Below are positions 47,275 to 58,763 of a stretch of DNA of 64,000 bases, in pieces (position 1 is the first letter of the stretch; each line of letters opens with the position of its first letter). The position numbers and the translations under genes are program-made. Below the pieces are notes generated by a model. The model had not been told where the DNA came from, searched no databases, and worked only from the letters and a program-made list of their open reading frames with translations. Source of the DNA: a virus (taxonomy: Duplodnaviria > Caudoviricetes); IMG/VR virus record IMGVR_UViG_3300028832_000131, positions 1 to 64,000 of that record; one strand, given 5' to 3'.

Positions 47275-48936
47275 ATGGTAAGTGAAGAGTTTATAAATGA
47301 GTGTAAAAATTATGCTTATGAAAACCGATATGGAAAAATAGAGTTTTCAAGTCCCTCATTAGAATTAAATCAAAGCAATAAAATACAAGAGTTTACTATA
47401 GATGATGGTTGCTATGATAATGGTGATATTGTAGGATCTGTGTATGTAAAGAAACTAACAGCCAAACTTATAGATGCTATTGAAGATAACATAGAAAATA
47501 GAGAATTTGATGCTAGTGTTGGTGTTACTTATAATGTGGTTGAAGAGATTGACGGTGAAGACGTAGAGAGTGAAGAAACCGAATATATGGACTTAGGCTC
47601 ATACATAGTAGAGAAACCTAAAGACGAACAAACGGAAAACTTTTCATCATTTGTTAGTTATGACTTGTTAATGCAACATTTAGATGAAAAATATACGACT
47701 TCATTAGATTATGAAAATGAGACTATAACAATAGCAGACGTTTATGAAGAAGTATGTAGTTTACTAAATGTAACACCAGTAACATTAACATTTACAAATA
47801 GCACAATTCAAGTTGAAGATAATCCATTTGTAGGTGGAGAAACAAATCGTATGGTATTAAACTCTATTGCAAAAACTGCTTGTGCATTTGTAGATATAGA
47901 TTATGATACAAATGAAATAGATTTAAAATGGTTAAGCAATAGTTTAGATTATACCTTCGAATTAAGCGATTATTCGTCCTTAGAAGGCGGAAAAACTGTA
48001 TATGGACCAATTAACTCATTAATAATAAAAAGTAGTGCTATAGATAGCGAAAACGTGTCTTATGATGATGATGAAAGCATTGCACTATATGGAGAACACC
48101 AATTAGTTATAAGTGAAGATTATTTCTTATATAATGCAGATAAAAGAGAAGAAGCTTTAATGCCTATATGGAATAAAGTAAATGGACTAACGTATACAGA
48201 ATGTAGTTTGACTACTTATACTGGTAAACCATTTTTGAAAAAAGGTAGCAAGATAAGAATATACAAAGACGAAGAAAATTACATAGATAGTTATGTATTA
48301 CAACACCAATTTAAGTTTGATGGTGCATTTACAAGTATAATCAAATGTCCTGTATTAACAGAACAAGAAATAAAAACAAAACAAGACATAAGCTTAGGCG
48401 AAAAACTAAGACAAACCGAAATAATTGTTAACAAACAAAACGGAACAATTACAAGTGTAGTATCGAGAACAGATCAATTAGATACAACAGTAAATAATAA
48501 CTATCAAGAAATTATTAACAAGTTTGATGCTTATGCTCCACAGTCTGCAATAGTAGATATACAAACACAAGTACAAAACATTCAAACAGACACATACAGT
48601 AGAACACAAATAGATACTATGATGATAGATGGTACTGTAAAAAAAGTACAAACAGCAAGTGCTACTTATGATGAAAGTGGAATGACTTATGAAAAAAGTA
48701 ACTCAAATGCAAAAACAACAATAAATGAGGTTGGAGTACAAGTTAAAGACTCTAACACTAATAACACAATATTATTTGCTGGTTATGTAGATGGTAATAA
48801 TACACAATATACTGCATATCAAGGACAGACAATCGTAGCAACCGACAATATTATTGTAGACAATTATTTAGTTATAGGAACACATAGCAGATTTGAAGAT
48901 TATGAATCAGGAACAGGTTGTTTCTTTATAGGGTAG
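47275..48936 (+). CDS. Minor tail/tail-tip protein (B allele)
   Basis: Homolog of 254-1939. Confidence 0.75.
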   Translation: MVSEEFINECKNYAYENRYGKIEFSSPSLELNQSNKIQEFTIDDGCYDNGDIVGSVYVKKLTAKLIDAIEDNIENREFDASVGVTYNVVEEIDGEDVESEETEYMDLGSYIVEKPKDEQTENFSSFVSYDLLMQHLDEKYTTSLDYENETITIADVYEEVCSLLNVTPVTLTFTNSTIQVEDNPFVGGETNRMVLNSIAKTACAFVDIDYDTNEIDLKWLSNSLDYTFELSDYSSLEGGKTVYGPINSLIIKSSAIDSENVSYDDDESIALYGEHQLVISEDYFLYNADKREEALMPIWNKVNGLTYTECSLTTYTGKPFLKKGSKIRIYKDEENYIDSYVLQHQFKFDGAFTSIIKCPVLTEQEIKTKQDISLGEKLRQTEIIVNKQNGTITSVVSRTDQLDTTVNNNYQEIINKFDAYAPQSAIVDIQTQVQNIQTDTYSRTQIDTMMIDGTVKKVQTASATYDESGMTYEKSNSNAKTTINEVGVQVKDSNTNNTILFAGYVDGNNTQYTAYQGQTIVATDNIIVDNYLVIGTHSRFEDYESGTGCFFIG

Positions 48937-48946
48937 GTGATAATTA

Positions 48947-51208
48947 ATGGCAAGAACAGATTGGCAAACAATTAGTGGTTCAACAAATAACAATTCGGCA
49001 TTCTTTACAGGTATAAGATGGCGATATAGAGATGATTTATTTGGAACAGGCGAATATCCTAGCGATAGAGTTTCAAGTAATACTGATATTATTGAATACC
49101 AACCATTTGTAGGTAAAAAGAGTTCATCATATACCTCAAATTATTATTCTAACTGGTTATCATCTAATTATAAATACTCATACAATACAACAAGTGGAAA
49201 TGATCCTGATGCTGCAAGTAATCAATTAAATGTATCAACAACATTCAGATTTGATAAAGCTAGTGTTAATTCAACGTATTACTTAACACAAGGTAGTTTA
49301 TCTGCTGGTAATGTAATGAATACAAGTTCATCAAATACTTCAAGAATTATAGAAGTACCACATTGTACAGATGGAACAAGCAAATTAAGATTGTATTTCT
49401 ATTTTGCTGGTAATTCAAATACTTCGTTTAGATATGCTGAAACAAACGGAATTGTTACACTTGAAACAATACCAAGAGCAAGTTCAATAACAGTAAATGA
49501 TGCCAACATAGGAAGTAGTACAAATATAGTTATAAACAAAGCAACAGCAAGTTTTACTACAACATTGGAATATTCAACGGATAATAGTACATGGAATACT
49601 ATTGTAAGTAAAACGAATAATCAAGTATATGGTTGGACTGTGCCTACAAGTTTTTATTCACTAATACCTAATGCTAAAACAATAACTTGTTATTTTAGGG
49701 CAACAACATATTCGGGGGATACAAATGTTGGAGTTAAAACTACACAAGCTATATTTACTGCAACAGGAAATCCAGTAATAAATAGTTCAAGTGCAACAGA
49801 TACAAACAGCACGACAGTAGCATTAACTGGTAATAGTGCAAATATGGTTAAATATGCTTCTAATGTTCAAATATCGATTAATGTAAGTGGACAAAATAGT
49901 GCAAGTATAAGTTCAGTAACAGTAAATGGAAACAATGTAACATTAAGTGGCACAGATCCAAAAACTGGTTCTATAACATTTGTTGCTGCAAGTACAAATT
50001 CATTTGAAATAAAAGTAACAGATAGTAGAGGTTATCAAACAACAACTACTAAAACAATGACTATGGTAGATTATATACCATTATCAATTAATGCAACAAT
50101 AAAAAGAAATCAACCAACTGATGAAAAAGTAAATATTAATTTTAGTGGTAATTATTACAATGGTAGTTTTGGTGCTGAATCAAATACGTTAGTAGTTCAA
50201 TATAGATATAAAGAAAGTACAAGTTCAAGTTGGGGAAACTGGACTAATGTAACAGCAACAATAACTGATAATACATATAGTGGTTCAACACAAATAAGCA
50301 ATATTGATTATACAAAGCAATATGATTTTGAAATTCAAGCAATAGATGAAATACAACCAAAACCTATTGTAGGTATAAGAGTATCAAAAGGAACACCAGT
50401 ATATTGGTGGGATAATGACCAATTTAATCTAAATGGTAAATTATATACAAGTAATGCTGGTAGAGAAGATTATGCTGCATTTGGATTTATTTATGATGGT
50501 GCAGGTAATATGAAACACAAGAGAAACGATAGTGGTGATAGCTTTCAAATTCAGGCATACAATGGAACAGCTACTGTTGGAATCAATCCTGAAAGTGGTA
50601 ATGTAAATGCTAATGGAAAAACAATTTCAAACAATGGATTTTATTCAAGAGAAACAGGTGAAGTTGGAACACCAAGTGGCACAGGTACATTAATGATTAA
50701 AAGAGCAACTAATAGTGAAGCACCAAACAATGGAGTAGTATTAGAGTATGGAAATTCAACAACGTGGACAGGTCAATTATATATAGGTGATAATGCCGAC
50801 CAAGGTGTTTATTATAATGGGTGGTCTAATGGAACAAGAGGCAGTTGGAAAAAATTAATGTTTATAACTGAAACAGGTAGTAATAGCAATGGTAATTATA
50901 TGAAGTTTGATGATGGAACACTAATTTGTACAAAAAGAATAACAGGAACAGTAAATATTTCTACAGGTTGGGGAAATGGTCAAACTTCTAGTGGAATAAG
51001 TCTAGGTAATTGGGCTTATGAATTTACTGATGAGCCAGTAACAACTGTATCACCAAAAAGAGGTACAGGTGGTTATAACTATTGGTTAGGTGCTTTACAA
51101 GATACGTCAAAAACATTTGTAGGTAATATAACACTATTACGTTTCACTTCATCTAACAATGTTAATTACATTATATATGCTACTGGAATAGGTAGGTGGA
51201 AATCATGA
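48947..51208 (+). CDS. Tail fibre/RBP, DUF859-like (B allele)
   Basis: Shared central region with 1951-4179; different N-terminus and pre-terminal domain. Confidence 0.7.
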   Translation: MARTDWQTISGSTNNNSAFFTGIRWRYRDDLFGTGEYPSDRVSSNTDIIEYQPFVGKKSSSYTSNYYSNWLSSNYKYSYNTTSGNDPDAASNQLNVSTTFRFDKASVNSTYYLTQGSLSAGNVMNTSSSNTSRIIEVPHCTDGTSKLRLYFYFAGNSNTSFRYAETNGIVTLETIPRASSITVNDANIGSSTNIVINKATASFTTTLEYSTDNSTWNTIVSKTNNQVYGWTVPTSFYSLIPNAKTITCYFRATTYSGDTNVGVKTTQAIFTATGNPVINSSSATDTNSTTVALTGNSANMVKYASNVQISINVSGQNSASISSVTVNGNNVTLSGTDPKTGSITFVAASTNSFEIKVTDSRGYQTTTTKTMTMVDYIPLSINATIKRNQPTDEKVNINFSGNYYNGSFGAESNTLVVQYRYKESTSSSWGNWTNVTATITDNTYSGSTQISNIDYTKQYDFEIQAIDEIQPKPIVGIRVSKGTPVYWWDNDQFNLNGKLYTSNAGREDYAAFGFIYDGAGNMKHKRNDSGDSFQIQAYNGTATVGINPESGNVNANGKTISNNGFYSRETGEVGTPSGTGTLMIKRATNSEAPNNGVVLEYGNSTTWTGQLYIGDNADQGVYYNGWSNGTRGSWKKLMFITETGSNSNGNYMKFDDGTLICTKRITGTVNISTGWGNGQTSSGISLGNWAYEFTDEPVTTVSPKRGTGGYNYWLGALQDTSKTFVGNITLLRFTSSNNVNYIIYATGIGRWKS

Positions 51209-51286
51209 TTAGTTTTATTGTAGGATTTATGTTAGGTGCTTTTATAGGTATGATGATAATGGCATGTATTCAAATAAATAAAGGAG

Positions 51287-51511
51287 ATGATAAAAATGGA
51301 GAAGATTAAAAAAATTAGTAAATACACCATGAATATTTTAGCAATGATAAATGCGTTAATTATAGGATTAAGTCCAATATGGAATTGGCAACTAGATAAA
51401 ATTACAGATAGTATAGCAATTATTATAGGTGTAATTGGTTTATATTTAGTAGGTGGCAAATTATTTGAAGTTGAAGAAATAATACCAGAAGAAGAGGACA
51501 AAGAAGAATAA
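51287..51511 (+). CDS. Small holin-like two-TM protein
   Basis: Two hydrophobic segments; same slot as 4197-4391 but unrelated sequence. Confidence 0.55.
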   Translation: MIKMEKIKKISKYTMNILAMINALIIGLSPIWNWQLDKITDSIAIIIGVIGLYLVGGKLFEVEEIIPEEEDKEE

Positions 51512-51527
51512 ATAAAAAGGACGTGAC

Positions 51528-53072
51528 GTGATGAATAATATAAATATATTAATTGAAAAGGCAACAAGAGAAGTACATTTATCAAAAAGTGTAATTGGTA
51601 ATGATGGTGAAAATCTACAAGAAAATTTAGTTTTCTCTTTTGATGAGTTTGTAGACGGAACAGCAAGAATTGAATTATTAAAATCAAACGAAGAAAAATC
51701 ATATATTATGTTAGAAAAGGTAGATGAAACATACCAGTTACCTATAAAATCAGTATTAACAAAAAGCGGAAGACTAAACTTACAATTAGTCATTACACAA
51801 GGTAGTGATGATGAAGAAATACCAATATTTAAAAGCAATAAGTTTTATTTGGTAATTAATTCGAGTATTAATGCAGAAATAGAAGAAGAAGAGGAATATC
51901 CACAATGGATAGACGTAGCTAATACAAAATTAAATGAAATAGATGAAGCTTTGGAAGATCTACAAGAAAAAGTGGATAATGGATATTTTAAAGGTGACAA
52001 AGGTGATACAGGTGATAGAGGTCAAGACGGTGTTAATGGTAAAGATGCAAAAATAAATGGAGTAAATACAATATCATTAATTGCTGGAGATAACATTACA
52101 CTAAATCAAAGCGGCAACGAATTAGAAATAAGTGCAACAGGTGGAAGTGGTGGTGGAGCAGTAAATAGCGTAAATGGTATGACTGGTGACGTAATTATAA
52201 ACATACCAGAAATACCAAAAAATGTAAGTTCATTTACAAATGATGCGGGTTATCTAACAGAGCATCAAGATTTGAGTGGAAAACAAGATAAAATAGATAA
52301 TTCAAATAAATTAAATGCAGATTTAGTTGACGATAGTACAAGTACAAATAAATTTACAAACGCAACAGAAAAAGCAACGTGGAACGCAAAAAGTAATTTT
52401 AGTGGCAATTATGAGGATTTAACTAATAAGCCAGATTTAAGTAATTATCAAACAATAATAGATAGTACGCATAAACTAGGTGCAGATTTAGTTGATGATA
52501 GTACAAGCGAAAATACATTTTTCTATATTGGGAAAATGAGTGATTTAAGCACAACAAATTGGTTAGATTTAAGAAAAGCAAAAAAAGGTGTATATTTGCC
52601 AGATAAAACATATAATTATATGATAGATGAATTGGATAGTGATTATTCAACGTCATCAACTATAAGATATTATGAATTACAAACAATTTTTGTTCTAAAA
52701 GAAATAAATGGTATTGCAACACCAAGTGAAAATCTATATTTTGCATACGCCATTGCATTTGGAGAAGAAGATGGCTCACCTTTACTTGTGAAGTTTTACG
52801 TAAACACAACAAGAAAAATTGATTTTCAATCGGTGTCATTCGCAGATGCAAAAATGATTGGTACAGGTGGACAAACAATAAATGGACAAAAAACATTTAC
52901 TTCTATACCAAAACAGAATAACACAAATGCTCCAACATTAGATAGTCAATTTACAAATAAAAAATATGTAGATGATAGTATATCTAATAAAATTTGGATA
53001 GGTACACAAGAAGAATATGATGCAATACTAACAAAAGACGAAAACGTATTGTATTTCATTCGAGAGGCATAA
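51528..53072 (+). CDS. Tail fibre protein with BppU-like N-terminus and short collagen-like segment
   Basis: GDKGDTGDRGQDG repeat, internal DLVDDSTS repeats, C-terminal IWIGTQEEYDA. Confidence 0.7.
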   Translation: MMNNINILIEKATREVHLSKSVIGNDGENLQENLVFSFDEFVDGTARIELLKSNEEKSYIMLEKVDETYQLPIKSVLTKSGRLNLQLVITQGSDDEEIPIFKSNKFYLVINSSINAEIEEEEEYPQWIDVANTKLNEIDEALEDLQEKVDNGYFKGDKGDTGDRGQDGVNGKDAKINGVNTISLIAGDNITLNQSGNELEISATGGSGGGAVNSVNGMTGDVIINIPEIPKNVSSFTNDAGYLTEHQDLSGKQDKIDNSNKLNADLVDDSTSTNKFTNATEKATWNAKSNFSGNYEDLTNKPDLSNYQTIIDSTHKLGADLVDDSTSENTFFYIGKMSDLSTTNWLDLRKAKKGVYLPDKTYNYMIDELDSDYSTSSTIRYYELQTIFVLKEINGIATPSENLYFAYAIAFGEEDGSPLLVKFYVNTTRKIDFQSVSFADAKMIGTGGQTINGQKTFTSIPKQNNTNAPTLDSQFTNKKYVDDSISNKIWIGTQEEYDAILTKDENVLYFIREA

Positions 53073-53073
53073 T

Positions 53074-53172
53074 ATGAAAATAACTAATGATATAAAATTT
53101 TATGCAGGAACAAATGAGATTATAAAAGTATATAAAGGAGAAGAAATAATATATACTATGGATAAAAAATGA
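53074..53172 (+). CDS. 32 aa fibre-associated peptide (not in ORF track)
   Basis: MKITNDIKFYAGTNEIIKVYKGEEIIYTMDKK. Confidence 0.5.
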   Translation: MKITNDIKFYAGTNEIIKVYKGEEIIYTMDKK

Positions 53173-53191
53173 AAACAAAGGAGGTGAAAAT

Positions 53192-54007
53192 ATGGGAAAA
53201 GTATTTACAGCACAACAATTTATAGATAAATTAAAATGGCTTGTTAATGACGTTCCTAACGTGTATTATAGTGGCTCTAATTGGTCTAAACTTAATTCAA
53301 GTGGTAAATGGCAATTCGACTGTGTATTGTCCGTTAAATCGCTTTTATGGGGCTTTAAAGGAGATAAAAACTTATTTAGAGGGGGAACAGTATATAAATC
53401 TAATGGAGTAGCAGATTTTAGCTGCAACGGAGCATTAAATTATTGTACAGACGTTAGCACTAATTTTAATAATTTAGTGGCAGGCGAGTATTTATGTATG
53501 AAAGGAACTTCTCACAACCACACAGGTATTTATTTAGGCAATGGAAAAGTGTTTGAAGATACAACAGGTTGGGGTACTAAAAAAGCTATAATAAGTGATA
53601 TAGATAAAAATGGTGTACGTAGTTATAAAGGTGTTAAGAGCCTTAGATGGACGTATCATGGCAAATTAAATTATATAGATTATTCTAATGAGCCAAAACC
53701 TATCAATCAAGTAATGATATGGCAAGAAGCAATGAATAAACAATGGAATTGTGGACTTGCAGTAGACGGATCATTTGGTCCTGCTTGTACTAAGGAAGCA
53801 ACAAAACATTACTTACATTATGGAATAAAAGCACCTATTATGGTTAAGTGGCTTCAAACAAGATTAAAAGAATTAGGTTATTCACTAGCAGTGGACGGAA
53901 GCTTTGGACCAGACTGTCGCAAAAAAGTCAAAGACGTACAAAAACGTTTTGGATTAGCAGTCGATGGAAATGTCGGTCCTGCAACAACTAAGGCATTAAC
54001 AGAATAA
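53192..54007 (+). CDS. Endolysin (B allele)
   Basis: Homolog of 5838-6656. Confidence 0.8.
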   Translation: MGKVFTAQQFIDKLKWLVNDVPNVYYSGSNWSKLNSSGKWQFDCVLSVKSLLWGFKGDKNLFRGGTVYKSNGVADFSCNGALNYCTDVSTNFNNLVAGEYLCMKGTSHNHTGIYLGNGKVFEDTTGWGTKKAIISDIDKNGVRSYKGVKSLRWTYHGKLNYIDYSNEPKPINQVMIWQEAMNKQWNCGLAVDGSFGPACTKEATKHYLHYGIKAPIMVKWLQTRLKELGYSLAVDGSFGPDCRKKVKDVQKRFGLAVDGNVGPATTKALTE

Positions 54008-54027
54008 GGGAAGAAAAGGAGTAGATT

Positions 54028-54354
54028 ATGGTTGAGCAAATAATAAAAACTATAATTAGCTATTTAGTCCCTGCATTAATAGGTTTTCTTATTGCACAAG
54101 TAACTGGTTATAGAAAGAAAAACAATAGTATGAAAATTGCAATAATGACATTATTACAAAGTAATTTGACAAACACATATTTCTTATATGATGATGAAAA
54201 AACTATACCTGACTATATATATAAAAATTTTCTTAACGAATTAAAAGCATACGAAGGATTAGATGGTGATGATTACGTTCACACTATTGCAGAAAAAATG
54301 AAATCATGGAAGATTATTCGTACAGATATATTGCACGATAAACCACAAATATAG
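54028..54354 (+). CDS. Holin-like membrane protein (B allele)
   Basis: Homolog of 6675-7001. Confidence 0.5.
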   Translation: MVEQIIKTIISYLVPALIGFLIAQVTGYRKKNNSMKIAIMTLLQSNLTNTYFLYDDEKTIPDYIYKNFLNELKAYEGLDGDDYVHTIAEKMKSWKIIRTDILHDKPQI

Positions 54355-54364
54355 TAAGTTTATG

Positions 54365-54390
54365 AGGCGGTTTATTCCGCCTTTTTTTAT
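54365..54390 (+). terminator. Intrinsic terminator
   Basis: AGGCGG-TTTATT-CCGCCT-TTTTTT, occupying the slot of the 7.0 kb RNA in A. Confidence 0.75.
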
Positions 54391-54404
54391 AAAGGAGAAA
54401 TCAA

Positions 54405-57089
54405 ATGGAAGAAGAAATTAAAGAAATAAGACAAATTGCATTAGAAAACAAAAAAGCAATTCAAGAGCATACTGAAAATATAAAAGAAAGTTTTGAAAAA
54501 ATAGAACAAAACTCGTTTGTTTTAGATATTATTAAAGATTATAAAAACGAAATTGATACATTAAAAGACATTGTCAAAACAAACAAAAAAACAATTAAGA
54601 TTATGTTAGGTATACTAATATTTATGTTAATTTTATTAGGAGTTGTTTGTTATCATCATTTAATAATCGTGTAGGTGAAAGCCTATGAAAAGTTTTAATT
54701 TTAGTAGAACTGAATATGAATACATTTGCGAAGAAGCGATGCTTAATGAAAAATATAGAAAACTTTTAAAAATGAAAATATTAGATTATTCAAGAGCCAA
54801 AATGGCAGATGAATTAGGCTATAGTATTGATACGATAGATGATATGGTGGCAGAGTTAAAGAAAAAAATAAAAAAAGCAATATAATTACTAAAAACATTG
54901 CCAATTTTAATACCAAAAATACTACAAGAACATTACAAAACAATGTTCTTTTTTTATGCAATAATGTAAGTGAAAGGAGATATTATGACTGAATTAATGG
55001 AAGAACTTTTAAAAATAATGGATAAAGAATGCGAAGAATGTAAAGAATGGCAAAAAAACAAGCCTCTCATAATTAATATATATGTAGGAGATGATGAATA
55101 TGAATAATCAATATATAATAGATAATTTAGTAAGACAACGAGAAAAGATAGATGATATGCTACGTGGCTATCAACAACCTCAACCAATGAATGTATTTAA
55201 TGTGGGAGGCACTCAAATCGATTTTGAGGCACGTATGATAGGCAAAGACGAGAAACCAAGTGAAATTATGGTACAACGTAAAACAGCGTTTATATCGTTG
55301 GATAATTCGTTATTAACTATAAAAGAAATTAACGGAGATATTAAAGAATATAAAATACAAATACCAAAAACAAAAGAACAAATTGAAAATGAAGAGTTAA
55401 AGAGAAAAATTAAAGACTTAGAAGACAAATTAAGAGAGAGAGGTAAATAATATGAATATGAGTTTTTTACAACAAATAATTAAAAGTGGTAATCCAAAAC
55501 AAATGATATTAAATATGATGACACCACAACAAAAGCAAATGGCAGAAGCTTTTTTAAATAATCCTAACAGAGAACAAGCTTTGAAAGATCTGATGAAACA
55601 ACATAACGTAACAGATGAACAAATAAACTCTGTAAAAAGTATTATTAAATAAGATATTAATATTATTAATATAGAAAGGAGGACACAATGAACGGAACAA
55701 CAGGAATTGGGTTAGATTGGAGTGGTCTAATTGGATTACTTATCATAGCTGGGATATTTGGATATGGTAATGGGTTTGGATTTGGAGGCAATAATGCAGT
55801 ATCTACTTTGACAAATGCTGAGCTTCAAATGGGACTATACAATCAAACTACTGACAACGCTATTCGTGGCATATCAAGTCAAGTTGCTACCTTGAATGAT
55901 ACTGTCTTAATGGGTAAGTATGATAACGCATTACTAATGAAAGATGCGTCACAACAACTATCTAATAGTATTGCATCTATTGGTAATTTAGTAGTACAAG
56001 AAAATCAGGCTACTAGAGATATGATAATGCAAAATAAGATTGATTCATTATCAGACACAATTACAATTCTACGTGGAGAGAATAGTAATTTAAAACAAAC
56101 CGCTGAAATCACCCAAAATATTTTAGGTAGTTTAGCTACTACTGCTCCAAAACCACCATGTTATTATGGATATGGTTGCGGTTGCAATTCTCTATACTAA
56201 GGTATAGATTGACTTATATTGACTAGACACTATAAGTCTAGTCTTTTTTAAAGAAAGGAGGTAATAAAATGTGTAATACAATATTTTGTTCAAACGTAAC
56301 AACTACTGATACAGCAGTTGTATTAATTCCTAATCAAGAAATTAAAACTTTAGAAAACGTTGGTTGTTATAGATTAATTATATGTTGCAACGCTACTGCT
56401 ACTAGCAACTTGCCTGTATTTATTCAAGTAGGGACTACTAATATTCCTGTGTTATGTCATGCAGGTAATGTAGTATACTCTTCACAATTAACTAAACGTA
56501 AAAATTATCCAATTATATATGGAAACGAAAACCCAGAATATACTAATGGACAATTTGTAATACAAGGTAATATATGCCCAAGAGCTGCAACTATACCAGC
56601 AGTACAAACAACAACACAAAAAGTTAAATAAAGAATGGAGGTGAAAGTATGATAAAGGAATATATAAATAAAATAGGAAATATAAAAGATTCGAATAAAA
56701 TGGATAAATTAGGAGAAATGTTAGAAAAATTAATATATAATTTAAAAGATGAACACGAAGAAGAATATGAAAAATATAAAACAGAATTATACGAATTAGC
56801 TTATGGGAAAAAGATAAGTAGAGAAATGGCAGTAGAGTGGGTGAATAGTATGAAACCATTAGGAGAATACTGGACTATAGACCAAACTACAAATGCTATG
56901 CAAACGTTAGGATATAATTTAGATTCAATAGATTTTTATGTAGCGGCTAATATGATAATGAACGATTATAGTGATTTATTAGAAGAGGAAGAAGAATTAG
57001 CATTAAAAATGGCTTATGATTGGTTAAATGATGAAGATGCTAAAGATAATAAATTATATTGTTATTGGAAGCATATAGTAAAAAAATAA
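54405..57089 (+). CDS. B alleles of the post-lysis operon (54405-54674, 54685-54885, 54985-55107, 55091-55450, 55452-55652, 55688-56200, 56269-56631, plus B-specific 56649-57089)
   Basis: One-to-one homology with 7251-9450. Confidence 0.8.
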
Positions 57090-57188
57090 GAGCATTAAAC
57101 TCTTATTTTTCTTTAGGATAACACCTACTACGGACTAAATATATTATACCATATAAGTTTGACAAAAGCGAGTATATAGTGTATATTA

Positions 57189-57473
57189 ATGCACTTAAAA
57201 AGGGGGTGTATATTTGTGAATTGTATTGTTACATACCAAAAGTCAAACGGGGAAATATTTATAAGACCATACGACCACTCTTGTTTTGCAATGAGTAAAA
57301 GAGTAGGGGACGAAACTTCAATGGGTTGGACTATAATTGATATACATTATAAATACAAAAACAACTATTATTGTTTTGATGATTTTATAAAGTTGTTCAA
57401 TAGAGAAGTTAAAGAAAAATTAAACAAAAAAATGTTAAAATTCGTAATAAGAAAATTAAACAAATTAACTTAA
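57189..57473 (+). CDS. Hypothetical protein (B allele of 9742-9987)
   Basis: CIVTYQKSNGEIFIRP...GDETSMGW shared motif. Confidence 0.65.
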   Translation: MHLKRGCIFVNCIVTYQKSNGEIFIRPYDHSCFAMSKRVGDETSMGWTIIDIHYKYKNNYYCFDDFIKLFNREVKEKLNKKMLKFVIRKLNKLT

Positions 57474-57620
57474 ATATATTGACATTAATATTGTAAACCT
57501 GAAATAAAAAATAAAGGAATTACAAAAAAAGTATTGACGAAGCAACAAAAGTATTATAAAATTGACTTGTAAATAGATAGAGGGACAAGATAATTTTTAC
57601 CTTTTTTTGCTATATGTAGT

Positions 57621-57648
57621 ACTTAACATAATATATATTACAACAATT
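57621..57648. other. dif/Xer-like recombination site
   Basis: ACTTAACATAA-TATATA-TTACAACAATT. Confidence 0.55.
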
Positions 57649-57706
57649 TAGCCGAAATAGGTAAAACACTTATTTCGGTTTTTTTGTATCTATAGAAAGG
57701 AGAAAC

Positions 57707-57910
57707 ATGAAAGAATACAAATACCTTAACTTATTTTATGAGATGAGGAAAAACAAAGAGTTTTTAAAGGACGTAGCAGAGTTGTTAGACGTAACACCAC
57801 AAACAATAAGTGCTAAGTTAGCGGGAGAACATGATTGGACAATAGGTGAGATCGAAACACTATGCGAACATTACAATAAAGACTATTACGAATTATTTAA
57901 AAAAGATTAA
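57707..57910 (+). CDS. XRE/Cro-like HTH protein (B)
   Basis: Homolog of 10377-10586. Confidence 0.8.
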   Translation: MKEYKYLNLFYEMRKNKEFLKDVAELLDVTPQTISAKLAGEHDWTIGEIETLCEHYNKDYYELFKKD

Positions 57911-58043
57911 TTATGAATTGTGGGTATAAAAAAAGACCTCTAGGCGATGGCTGAGGTCACGTAAATAATACGCACAAAAAAATTACTTACAAACTATATT
58001 ATACAACAAATGAAATTATAAGTCAATAAAGAAGGTGAGATAG

Positions 58044-58763
58044 ATGGGTTATATACAAATTGACAGAAATATTAGTAATAATTGGATATGGCAAAAAACA
58101 CCGTTTTCTTATGGACAGGCTTGGATAGATTTATTGTTATTAGCAAATTATAAAGAAAATAAAAGAATAAAAAATAACGAAATAGTTATCTCTAATAGAG
58201 GAGAAGTAAACTTATCAATATTATATTTATCTAATAAATGGGGTTGGGACAGAAAAAAAACAACAAGATTTTTAGAGCTACTAGAGAGAGATAACATGGT
58301 GGAACTTAACAAATCTAAAAATGGGACAACGATAAGGATAACTAATTACAATATATATCAACAAAATCAAGTAGATACGAAACAAAAAATGGGACAACAA
58401 AAGGACAACGAATGGGACAACAACTCCCCATATATAAATAAAGAAAACAAAGAAATAAATAATATATATAAAGAAAGTATATCTAAAGATATACCAAAGA
58501 AAGTAGAAACAAAATATTTTGAAAGTTTAAAAGTAAATACATTGTTTAATGAGTTTTTAGAATTACGAAAGAAGATAAAAGCAGTAAATAGTGAAAGAGC
58601 TATAAACACACTAATAAACAAACTTAAAAACTATGATGAAGATACTCAGTACAAGATGATAGAAAATTCTATAGTTAATTCTTGGAAAGACGTGTATGAG
58701 CTTAAAGAACAAAAAAGAAAGGATAATGTTTTAGATACATTAAGGGAAATCTATAATGAGTAA
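58044..58763 (+). CDS. Replication initiator (B)
   Basis: Winged-helix N-terminus; ATGGGACAAC iterons at 58321, 58389, 58412. Confidence 0.8.
   Translation: MGYIQIDRNISNNWIWQKTPFSYGQAWIDLLLLANYKENKRIKNNEIVISNRGEVNLSILYLSNKWGWDRKKTTRFLELLERDNMVELNKSKNGTTIRITNYNIYQQNQVDTKQKMGQQKDNEWDNNSPYINKENKEINNIYKESISKDIPKKVETKYFESLKVNTLFNEFLELRKKIKAVNSERAINTLINKLKNYDEDTQYKMIENSIVNSWKDVYELKEQKRKDNVLDTLREIYNE

Noticed and set aside
10289-57648. The two dif-like sites as boundaries of tandem integrated prophages
   Set aside because: The A/B switch lies at ~47,400, not at these sites, and no host DNA flanks them
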